Source of the DNA: Candidatus Krumholzibacteriota bacterium | GTDB taxonomy: Bacteria > Krumholzibacteriota > Krumholzibacteriia > JACNKJ01 | Reading direction: 5' to 3' | Assembly (NCBI GenBank): GCA_016933175.1 | Contig: JAFGBK010000036.1 | Coordinates: 1-11,561 of the forward strand | DNA length: 11,561 nucleotides | In this document: piece after piece, positions 1-6,434 of the stretch | Layout of the letters: each line of letters starts with the position of its first letter | How positions within the stretch are numbered: position 1 is the stretch's first letter | Program-made: the position numbers and the translations under genes | The notes under the pieces: model-generated | Seen by the model: the letters and a program-made list of their open reading frames with translations, nothing else | What the model was told of the DNA's origin: nothing | The model's database searches: none

Positions 1-1386
1 CCCCAGCAGGCCGGTCAGCACGTCCCCGGTGCCGCCCCGCGCCATGGCCGGATGCCCGCCGGCGATGGTGTGGAGCAGCCCGTCGGCGGTGGCCACCTCC
101 GTGGGCGCCCCCTTGTGCAGCAGGACCAGCCCGTCGCGCGCGGCGCCGCGCAGGACGTCCCCGCGCCCGGCGTCCACCTCCCCCGTTGCGAGGCCCAGCA
201 GGACGCCCAGCTCACCGGAGTGCGGCGTCAGCACGCGGGGCGCCGGGTGGCCGGCCAGCGCGTCGCAGCCGCCGGCAAAGGCCAGCAGGGCGTCGGCGTC
301 CAGGACGGCCGGGCGCGGCAGCCCGGCCAGCCAGTCGCGGACGAGGTCGAGAGTCTCCTCGCCGCGCCCCAGGCCGGGGCCCAGGGCCACGGCCTGGACA
401 CGATCGGTCATGGCGCGCAGGGGCGCCAGGGCGGCGGCGGCCAGGGAGCCGTCCTCCGTCTCCGGAAGGGCCAGGGTGATGGCCGAGGGCCAGTGCGACT
501 GGACCAGGGGCGCCAGGGACGCGGGCACGCCCGCGTAGACCATACCGCAGCCGCTGCGCAGGGCGGCCCCGGTCGCGAGCAGGGCCGCGCCGCCGTAGCG
601 CCTGCTGCCGGCGAGGACCAGCACGGAGCCGCGCCGGTACTTGTGGCTGGCGGGATCGAAGGCGGGCAGCAGGCCGCGGGCCACCCCGGCATCCACGAGG
701 CGGCGGGCCAGGCCCTGGGCCTCGACGATCTCCGGCGGGAAGCCGATGTCCACGGTGACCACCTCGCCGGCCGCCGCGCGGCCGGGGTAGTAGAAGAGCC
801 CGATCTTGGGCATGCCCGCGGCGATGGTCAGCTCGGCGCGGACGGTCTCGCGGGGCGGATCGTCCATGTCGCCGGACACGCCGCTGGGCACGTCCACGGC
901 CACCACGCGGCGCGCGAGGAGGTTGATGGTCTGGACGATGTCCAGGGCCGGCTCCCGCAGGTCCGACCGGATGCCCGTGCCGAAGAGCGCGTCCACCACC
1001 AGGTCGGCCTCGCGCAGGGCGGCCTCGAAGCGCTCCATGGCCTTGGGCTCCTCGAACTTGGTCAGCTCGGGATGGTGCGGGATGAGCTTGTGCAGCGCGC
1101 GCTTGGCGTCCTCGGCCAGGTTGAGGTCTCCGGCCAGGACGAAGACGAGCACCCCGGCGCCGTGCTCGATGAGGTGGCGGGCGATGACGAAGCCGTCGCC
1201 GCCGTTGTTCCCCTTGCCGCAGACCACGACGATCCGGCGCCCCTCCAGGCGGCCGCCGAAGCGGCGCCGGATCACCTCGAACATGCCGCGGCCGGCCCGC
1301 TCCATGAGCGTGGCGCCGGGCACGTGGCCGCCGTCGATGGTGGCGCGGTCGATGGCGCGCATCTGCTCGCCCGTCACCAGGTACAT
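1..1386 (-). CDS. nnr: Bifunctional NAD(P)H-hydrate repair enzyme Nnr (YjeF_N epimerase plus ADP-dependent dehydratase). The C-terminal part continues past the left window edge.
   Basis: Minus-strand translation starting at ATG 1386 reads MYLVTGEQMRAIDRATIDGGHVPGATLMERAGRGMFEVIRRRFGGRLEGRRIVVVCGKGNNGGDGF, which carries the YjeF_N motif CGxGNNGGDG. Near position 1 the same frame reads VLTPHSGE and GGHPAMARGGTGDVLTGLLG, the carbohydrate-kinase-type GGxGDVLxG motif. A GGAGGAG Shine-Dalgarno sits 5 nt upstream of the ATG. The gene is missing from the ORF track because it has no in-window stop. The + strand ORF 52..1446 is its antisense shadow. Confidence 0.85.
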   Translation of the reverse strand, partial: MYLVTGEQMRAIDRATIDGGHVPGATLMERAGRGMFEVIRRRFGGRLEGRRIVVVCGKGNNGGDGFVIARHLIEHGAGVLVFVLAGDLNLAEDAKRALHKLIPHHPELTKFEEPKAMERFEAALREADLVVDALFGTGIRSDLREPALDIVQTINLLARRVVAVDVPSGVSGDMDDPPRETVRAELTIAAGMPKIGLFYYPGRAAAGEVVTVDIGFPPEIVEAQGLARRLVDAGVARGLLPAFDPASHKYRRGSVLVLAGSRRYGGAALLATGAALRSGCGMVYAGVPASLAPLVQSHWPSAITLALPETEDGSLAAAALAPLRAMTDRVQAVALGPGLGRGEETLDLVRDWLAGLPRPAVLDADALLAFAGGCDALAGHPAPRVLTPHSGELGVLLGLATGEVDAGRGDVLRGAARDGLVLLHKGAPTEVATADGLLHTIAGGHPAMARGGTGDVLTGLLG

Positions 1387-1442
1387 GCGCTCCTCCTCGC
1401 CGCCGCCGCGCGGCGCCCGGGCGGCCGCGCGCCGTGCCGCCG

Positions 1443-2321
1443 CTAGTCGCCGGTGTTCAGGATGAGCGGCAGGCCGTCCTTGCCGCCCACGATGACCATC
1501 TTGGCGTTGGGACTGCTGGCCAGGTTCTGCGTGGCCTCGATGCCCTTCCAGCGCAGCAGGTCCTCGGTGAGGCCCTGGCTGACGATGCGCTGGAAGTCGT
1601 TAATACCCCCGGCTTCGATCTTCTTGCGCTCGGCCTCCTGGCGCTCGCGGTCCAGGACGAAGCGCATGCGCTCGGCCTCCTGCTCGGCCTGCAGCTTGGC
1701 CTCGATGGCCTGGGCGAGCTGCGGCGGCAGGGTGACGCTGCGCATGAGCACCTGCTCGAGCAGGATGCCGCGCTCGGCGAAGGCCGGCGCCAGCTCCTCG
1801 TGGACGCTGCGCGCGATGGCCTGGCGCTGCTCCGTGTAGAGGGCCTTGGCCTCGTAGCCGGCCGTGGCGCCGCGGATCTTGGCGCGGAACTGCGGGATGA
1901 TGAAGATGCGCGCGAAGTCCACGCCGATGGTCTTGTAGACATCGGGCGTCATGCTCCCGTCCAGCCGGTAGAGGATGGACAGATCCAGGCGGACGTTGAG
2001 GCCCTCCTTGCTCGGCACGCTGGCGACCTCGGTGATCTCCTGGGTGCGCACGTCCATCTCGCGGATGGTCAGCAGGGGATTCACCAGGTGGATGCCCGGC
2101 TGCAGCGTGCTGTCGGAGATGTTGCCGAAGAAGTCCTTGAGGCCCACGTGGCCCGCCGGCACCGAGACGATGCTCTGGGTCAGGACCCCGATGAGGCCGA
2201 CGATCAGCAGCACCACTCCCGCCGGGCGCGCGGAGCGGCGTCCGTACTGCGTCCGCAGGGGCGAGATGACCATCAGCACGATGCCGATGACGAGGATCAG
2301 GGCGAACAGTATGACTGCCAT
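1443..2321 (-). CDS. SPFH/band-7 (prohibitin/HflC-like) membrane protein with an N-terminal transmembrane helix.
   Basis: 292-aa ORF. The N-terminus is a hydrophobic transmembrane segment (AVILFALILVIGIVLMVI), followed by GHVGLKDFFG...IHLVNPLLTIREMDVRTQE and then a coiled-coil Ala/Glu/Gln/Arg-rich C-terminus (LQAEQEAERMRFVLDRERQEAERKKIEA). This layout is typical of SPFH-domain proteins. A GGGAGG RBS lies 6 nt upstream of the ATG, and codon third positions are G/C-rich. Confidence 0.85.
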   Translation of the reverse strand: MAVILFALILVIGIVLMVISPLRTQYGRRSARPAGVVLLIVGLIGVLTQSIVSVPAGHVGLKDFFGNISDSTLQPGIHLVNPLLTIREMDVRTQEITEVASVPSKEGLNVRLDLSILYRLDGSMTPDVYKTIGVDFARIFIIPQFRAKIRGATAGYEAKALYTEQRQAIARSVHEELAPAFAERGILLEQVLMRSVTLPPQLAQAIEAKLQAEQEAERMRFVLDRERQEAERKKIEAGGINDFQRIVSQGLTEDLLRWKGIEATQNLASSPNAKMVIVGGKDGLPLILNTGD

Positions 2322-2371
2322 GGCGGCCTCCCGGTCTGGGGTGGGGGAACCGGAGCGTCCGGCTCGGTTCG

Positions 2372-2399
2372 CAGTGTAGTCGGCACCTCGTACCTGTCA
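2372..2399 (-). promoter_or_regulatory. Candidate sigma70-type promoter for the SPFH gene: TTGACA, 16-nt spacer, TACACT on the minus strand.
   Basis: The reverse complement of 2372..2399 reads TTGACAggtacgaggtgccgacTACACT. The -35 is a perfect consensus and the -10 matches 4/6. The predicted transcription start is ~45 nt upstream of the SPFH ATG. Confidence 0.3.
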
Positions 2400-2509
2400 A
2401 CGACGGAGGGTATTCGCACCGCGCCGCCCGCGGCGCGGCGAGGTGCGATCGCCAGCGCCGCTGCGCGCCCGGCGGCTGCAGCCGCGCGGCCGCGCGCCTC
2501 GCGTCTCGC

Positions 2510-2539
2510 TTGCGCGGCCTTCGGGCGGAACCTATACTG
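2510..2539 (+). promoter_or_regulatory. Candidate sigma70-type promoter for the CPBP protease gene: TTGCGC, 17-nt spacer, TATACT. It may give a leaderless transcript.
   Basis: ttgcgc-ggccttcgggcggaacc-tatact ends 6 nt before ATG 2546. There is no Shine-Dalgarno between the -10 and the ATG. A transcript starting ~7 nt after the -10 would begin at or next to the ATG. Confidence 0.3.
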
Positions 2540-2545
2540 CCCGGC

Positions 2546-3349
2546 ATGTACCGCTCCGACCGCCTGGGCGCCCGCGTCAACAACTGGCTGCTGCTGCTGA
2601 TCGGCGGGCTCTCCTTCCTCCTCTACGAGTTCCTGCAGGCGCCCTTCTACGACCTGGCCACCGCCTGGGTGGGCCTGGGGATCATCCTCAGCGCCGTGGC
2701 GGGCGTGGTGATGCCCTTCCTCATCCTCTGCCAGCGGCTGGGCATCCCCTTCCGGGTCCAGTTCCAGTTCGAGCGCCCGCGCGTCCTGGCCGGCCTGGCC
2801 GTGACCGCCGCCACGCTCTGCCTGATCCCGCCGCTGGAGATCCTCACGGCGTGGGTCGGCGCCTATTACCCGCCCGATCCCGTCTACCTGGAGTTCATGG
2901 CGTCGCTGCGCGGCGAGAGCTGGTGGGACTTCGGCGTGGTGGCCGTGGCGGTGGTGGGCGCCGTGGCCCTGGCCGAGGAGCTGATCTTCCGCGGCATGTT
3001 CTTCCGCGTGCTGCTCAGGCACACGCCGGGCGCCGTGACCGTCGTGCTGACGGCCCTGCTCTTCGCCATCGTGCACCCGCTCTACGCGGTGCCGGGCGTC
3101 GTGGTTCTGGGATTGTTCTTCGGGCTGCTGATGCTGCGCCTGCAGAACCTCACCTACCCCATCCTCGCCCACGCCGTGTGGAACCTGGCCAACCTCGTCG
3201 TCCTCAAGTCCACCGAGAACGCGCTGGACCCCGAGATGACGACGCCCTTCAGCGAGCACGCCGTCCTGTGGACCCTGGGCAGCGCCGCGGCCTTCGCCCT
3301 CTGCGGCTGGATCTGGTGGCGCGCCGGCGAAGAGGACGCGTTCGCCTAG
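2546..3349 (+). CDS. CPBP-family intramembrane glutamic metalloprotease (CAAX protease / Abi-like). An alternative TTG start is at 2510.
   Basis: The protein is polytopic and hydrophobic and has the three CPBP motifs: EELIFRG (EExxxR), FAIVHPL (FxxxH) and HAVWNLAN (HxxxN). The ORF track starts it at TTG 2510, but the first ATG (2546) lies just downstream of the promoter-like element, so I prefer 2546. The stop TAG is at 3347-3349. Confidence 0.85.
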   Translation: MYRSDRLGARVNNWLLLLIGGLSFLLYEFLQAPFYDLATAWVGLGIILSAVAGVVMPFLILCQRLGIPFRVQFQFERPRVLAGLAVTAATLCLIPPLEILTAWVGAYYPPDPVYLEFMASLRGESWWDFGVVAVAVVGAVALAEELIFRGMFFRVLLRHTPGAVTVVLTALLFAIVHPLYAVPGVVVLGLFFGLLMLRLQNLTYPILAHAVWNLANLVVLKSTENALDPEMTTPFSEHAVLWTLGSAAAFALCGWIWWRAGEEDAFA

Positions 3350-4362
3350 GGCCGGCCCTCGCGCTCGCCGCCGGACGCCATCTCCGCCGACGCCGCGGCC
3401 AGGGCCGTGGCGTCGAGAACGCGTTCGATCTCGAGCCAGGCCGGCCGGAAGCGGAAGCCCAGGCGCTCGTTGATGCCCAGCATGCCCGCGTTGCCCTGCT
3501 CGTTCCAGGTCATCGTGCGCTCGTAGCCCAGCGCCTTGGCGGCCTCGGCGGCGCGCACCTTGAGGGCCGTGGCGATCCCCCGCTTGCGATGGTCGCGGAC
3601 GACGCCCGTCAGCCCCGTGTTCAGGCGCCCGGCGCTCCCGGTCTTCCACAGGTTGCTCAGGCCCACCCAGCGCTCGCCGTCTAGGGCGATCATGTGCAGC
3701 TCGGGCACGAAGTTCGGACTCTCGAGCTCCTTGCCGCACCAGGCCGCGAAGGGAACGAGCGTGTGCGGGTCGGGCCAGGGCACGTCCGCGGCCACGTGCT
3801 GGTCCAGCTCGTGGTAGCGGCGCTTCCAGGCCGGGACGGTCCGCTGCAGCTCGGGCAGGCTGCGGATGACGATGCCCTGCGCCGCCACGCGCGCCAGGTC
3901 GGCGGCGAAGCGGCCCGGATCGAAGTCCGCGAACTCGAGCAGGGACTCGCGCTGGCGATGGTTCTCCACGTAGCCCCGCGCCGCCGCGAAACGGACGCCC
4001 ACGGCGTTGGCCTCGTTGACCTCGGCGCGCAGCAGCATGGGATCGCGGGACGCCAGCTCGGCCATGAGGCGCTCGTAGAGCGCGCCGCCGATCCCCCGCC
4101 GCCGGTGGTCGGGATGCACCATCACCTCCACCATGAACTTCCGCGGGTGGTAGGCGCAGGAGAACTGGTCCCAGGTGGCCAGGCCCGCGATGCGCCCGTC
4201 CACCTCGGCCACGAAGCGGCCCCAGTCGATGCGGGCCTCCTTCTTCGCGTCCCGGTGCCGCCACGACGCCTCCGCATCGCGGTACTCGGGGTAGACGGCG
4301 TTGAAGACCGCGACCATCGCCGCGTAGTCGTCCTCGGTGAACTGCCGTATCAAGACTTCCAT
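3346..4362 (-). CDS. Two-domain GNAT family N-acyltransferase (tandem GNAT folds), copy 1.
   Basis: 338 aa from ATG 4362, which has a GGGAGGAG RBS 4 nt upstream. The track's 478-aa version starts at an upstream GTG inside a Gly/Arg-rich low-complexity frame, which I consider spurious. There are two acetyl-CoA-binding motif-A segments: HRRRGIGGALYERL and HRKRGIATALKVRAAEAAKALGY. The N-terminus is MEVLIRQFTEDDYAAMVAVFNAV. The stop overlaps the CPBP stop through a shared CTAG. Confidence 0.85.
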   Translation of the reverse strand: MEVLIRQFTEDDYAAMVAVFNAVYPEYRDAEASWRHRDAKKEARIDWGRFVAEVDGRIAGLATWDQFSCAYHPRKFMVEVMVHPDHRRRGIGGALYERLMAELASRDPMLLRAEVNEANAVGVRFAAARGYVENHRQRESLLEFADFDPGRFAADLARVAAQGIVIRSLPELQRTVPAWKRRYHELDQHVAADVPWPDPHTLVPFAAWCGKELESPNFVPELHMIALDGERWVGLSNLWKTGSAGRLNTGLTGVVRDHRKRGIATALKVRAAEAAKALGYERTMTWNEQGNAGMLGINERLGFRFRPAWLEIERVLDATALAAASAEMASGGEREGRP

Positions 4363-4385
4363 GGGTCTCCTCCCATCTGGGGTCG

Positions 4386-5447
4386 TCACGCGTCCTGCGC
4401 CGTCCCGCCGCTGGCGGGCGGCGAGGCGGCCTCGGCCCGCGCCGCGGCCTCGGCGGCCGCGGCTGCCTCGGCCGGACTCTCCGGCCGCGCGTCGGCGAAG
4501 ACCAACTCGTGGTCGATCCAGGCCGGCCGCTCCCGGAAGCCCAAGCGGCCGTTGACGCCCAGCATGGACGCGTTGGTGGAGTCGTTCCAGGTGAGCACAT
4601 CCCGGTAGCCCAGCGCCTTGGCGCGCGCCAGGACCTTCACCTTGATGGCCGTGGCGATGCCCCGGCCGCGGTACTCGCGCAGCACGCCGGTGAAGCCGGT
4701 GTGGAGGCGGCCCGGCGTCGCGCTGTGCCAGAGCCAGGTCTCGCCCACATAGGCCCCCTCGTCGAGGGCGACCAGGAAGCACTCGGGGAAGAACTGCGGG
4801 TGCGAGAACATACGCCGGGCGTAGTTATCGAAATCGGGGATGGTGATCGGCTCCGGCGCCGGCATGTCCCGCCCCGTCAGCCCCTCCAGCTCCCAGAGCT
4901 TGCGGTGCCGGTCGGGATCGGCCGCCAGCTCCTCGTAGCCGAGGATGGCGATGTCCCCGGACGCCAGGACGCGCTCGACGTCGGCGGCGAAGGCCGCCGG
5001 ATCGAAGGCCGTCAGGTCCAGGACGGACTCGCGCTCCCGCATGCCCGCCACGTAGCCGCGCGCCGCGGCGAAGCGCAGGCCGTCGGCGTGCTCCTCGAAG
5101 ATCTCGCCGCGCAGGCTCAGCGGCTCGTGGGCGGCCAGCTCGGCCAGCAGGCGCTCGTAGAGGGCCGCGCCGACGCCGCGGCGGCGCGCCGCGGGCTCCA
5201 CCATCACGTACCCGTAGAACTTCCGCGGGTGGTACATCCAGGACATGCCGCTGAAGCCGGTCACGCCAACCGCGCGGCCGTCCTCCTCGCAGATCCAGCG
5301 GCCCCACTTGATGCGGGCCTCGCGCGTCGCGTCGCTGTGCCGCCAGCTCGCCACCGACTCCTGGATGTCCGGGAAGCAGGCGTTGTGGATGGCGACCAGC
5401 GCCTCGTAGTCGGCCTCCGTGAACGGCCGGATGATTCGTTCGCTCAT
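4386..5447 (-). CDS. Two-domain GNAT family N-acyltransferase, copy 2 (tandem paralog of 3346..4362).
   Basis: 353 aa. It aligns along its whole length with the downstream gene (MSERIIRPFTEADYEALVAIHNACFPD vs MEVLIRQFTEDDYAAMVAVFNAVYPE, ARRRGVGAALYERLLAELA vs HRRRGIGGALYERLMAELA, YRGRGIATAIKVKVLARAKALGY vs HRKRGIATALKVRAAEAAKALGY). DNA-level similarity is also visible. A GAGGAAGG RBS lies upstream. The C-terminal ~40 aa is an Ala/Glu/Pro-rich low-complexity tail. Confidence 0.85.
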   Translation of the reverse strand: MSERIIRPFTEADYEALVAIHNACFPDIQESVASWRHSDATREARIKWGRWICEEDGRAVGVTGFSGMSWMYHPRKFYGYVMVEPAARRRGVGAALYERLLAELAAHEPLSLRGEIFEEHADGLRFAAARGYVAGMRERESVLDLTAFDPAAFAADVERVLASGDIAILGYEELAADPDRHRKLWELEGLTGRDMPAPEPITIPDFDNYARRMFSHPQFFPECFLVALDEGAYVGETWLWHSATPGRLHTGFTGVLREYRGRGIATAIKVKVLARAKALGYRDVLTWNDSTNASMLGVNGRLGFRERPAWIDHELVFADARPESPAEAAAAAEAAARAEAASPPASGGTAQDA

Positions 5448-5449
5448 GA

Positions 5450-5653
5450 TCAGCCTTCCTCGTTCCCGGCGCCGCCGACGGCGCCGGCCTCGTCGAGGGC
5501 GAGCCGGCGGCCAGCCCGGCAGTGGGCCGGCCGCGACTCGTCCTCGTGGCGGACGTGGCCCTCCTGGCCGGGGTAATCCGGGAAGGCGGCGTCCAGCAGC
5601 GCGCCGAAGGCGGGCCAGTCCGCCGCCGCGAAGGGCCTAATCCTGGTCCTCAA
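5450..5653 (-). pseudogene. Probable N-terminal remnant of a third GNAT paralog (67 codons, TTG start).
   Basis: The translation RIRPFAAADWPAFGALLDAAFPDYPGQEGHVRHEDESR...LALDEAGAVG aligns with the first ~60 aa of both full-length GNATs (RIIRPFTEADYEALVAIHNACFPD...SWRHSD...WICEEDGRAVG). It then stops with ...GNEEG*, whose codons are the RBS of the next gene. The start is TTG with an AAGGAG 7 nt upstream. It is too short to form a GNAT fold. Confidence 0.4.
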
Positions 5654-5822
5654 GGCGATGCTCCTTGGTTCGCGCCGCGACGCGGCGGGCGTTGATCTCC
5701 CGCTGCAGGTCCCGCAGCACGGTTTCGCGCTGGAAGTCGATCACCGGGTTCAGCGCCTCGGCGAATTCCCCGGGACCGACGATGAAGACCGGTCCGAACA
5801 TACCTTTCGGCAAGGCGTTCAT
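5637..5822 (-). CDS. Small hypothetical protein of 61 aa with no family I can recognise. It is the first ORF of the GNAT operon.
   Basis: ATG at 5822 with GAGGAGG 4 nt upstream. Third codon positions are mostly G/C. The sequence is MNALPKGMFGPVFIVGPGEFAEALNPVIDFQRETVLRDLQREINARRVAARTKEHRLEDQD. Its last 17 nt overlap the TTG start of the GNAT remnant in another frame, and its ...KEHRLED codons supply the AAGGAG for that start. Confidence 0.45.
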   Translation of the reverse strand: MNALPKGMFGPVFIVGPGEFAEALNPVIDFQRETVLRDLQREINARRVAARTKEHRLEDQD

Positions 5823-5846
5823 GGTTGCCTCCTCGGCATGGGTGCG

Positions 5847-5877
5847 CGGGCCATGGATGCGGCAGCATCCGGGCCCG
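5847..5877 (-). promoter_or_regulatory. Strong GC-rich hairpin immediately 5' of the RBS of the 61-aa ORF.
   Basis: cgggcc-at-ggatgc-GGCA-gcatcc-gggcccg gives two 6-bp GC stems around a GGCA tetraloop. It lies 12-30 nt upstream of the GAGGAGG Shine-Dalgarno of the ATG at 5822, on the transcribed minus strand. Confidence 0.3.
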
Positions 5878-5988
5878 CAGGTGCGGACACCGGTGCGCGC
5901 TGCACTGGCCGCGTGCGCGAGGGTCGCGTCTGTCCAGGGTGGCCGCCCGCCTCGGGCGGCGAAGCGTCAGCCGATCAGGCCGGCGTGC

Positions 5989-6072
5989 CTAGCAGGAGGC
6001 GAGGCGGACCGAACCCATGGCGGCCAGGAGCGAGCGCGCGATCTTCTTGTCGAAAATCCGGGTCCGGGTCAT
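5989..6072 (-). other. Candidate 27-codon upstream ORF in the operon leader: MTRTRIFDKKIARSLLAAMGSVRLASC*.
   Basis: ATG at 6072 with AAAGGAG 8 nt upstream. The peptide has the layout of a lipoprotein signal peptide: a basic n-region, a hydrophobic core and an L-A-S-C lipobox. It ends in TAG directly after the Cys. The downstream in-frame sequence is Arg/Pro-rich and does not look like protein. Confidence 0.2.
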
Positions 6073-6368
6073 TGGAGTGGCTCCTTTGTCGTGCGGTCCC
6101 CCGGGGGGCCGCGTGATCGGGATTGCCCGCCGGTGCCGAGGGCCTCCGCTGGGAGCCGGGAGCTTTGGCTTCACTCCCGGCCGGGACAGATGGGGCTGCC
6201 CCGGTTTCGGCGTCTGGGCGCGCGGGCGCAGGGGTTGCGGTATGATAATGGCTGCCGCCGGATATTTCAGCCGAAAAATGGACCTTCACGTACTTTTTTT
6301 CGAGCGGACCGTACTACGGCGCCGCGCCGCCCGTGTTTCACGCCGAAGGGCGGTAGGGCGCGGCCACG

Positions 6369-6395
6369 AAAAACCCCCCTCCGAAGGGAGGGGGG
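6369..6395 (-). terminator. Rho-independent terminator for the deiminase gene.
   Basis: On the minus strand: CCCCCCTCC-ttcg-GGAGGGGGG (9-bp perfect GC stem, tetraloop) followed directly by TTTTT. It lies 40 nt downstream of the stop at 6435. Confidence 0.6.
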
Positions 6396-6434
6396 CGCTC
6401 ACGCTCGACGAAGGCCTGCTTATCCTCCGCCGAA

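Noticed and set aside
1434-2600. 388-aa plus-strand ORF
   Set aside because: It is the antisense of the SPFH gene. Its composition is Gly/Asp/His/Gln/Arg-rich and low-complexity, with no motif, whereas the minus-strand frame gives a coherent SPFH protein.
2297-4600. 767-aa minus-strand ORF, plus the overlapping plus-strand ORFs 2443..3684 and 3694..4608
   Set aside because: These are open frames typical of 70% GC DNA. They run across the divergent intergenic region and through two real genes on both strands. Their Arg/Gly/Pro content is extreme.
4509-5576. 355-aa plus-strand ORF, and the minus-strand ORF 4825..5307
   Set aside because: They are antisense or alternate frames of GNAT copy 2. 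They have an Arg/Gly/Pro-rich nonsense composition.
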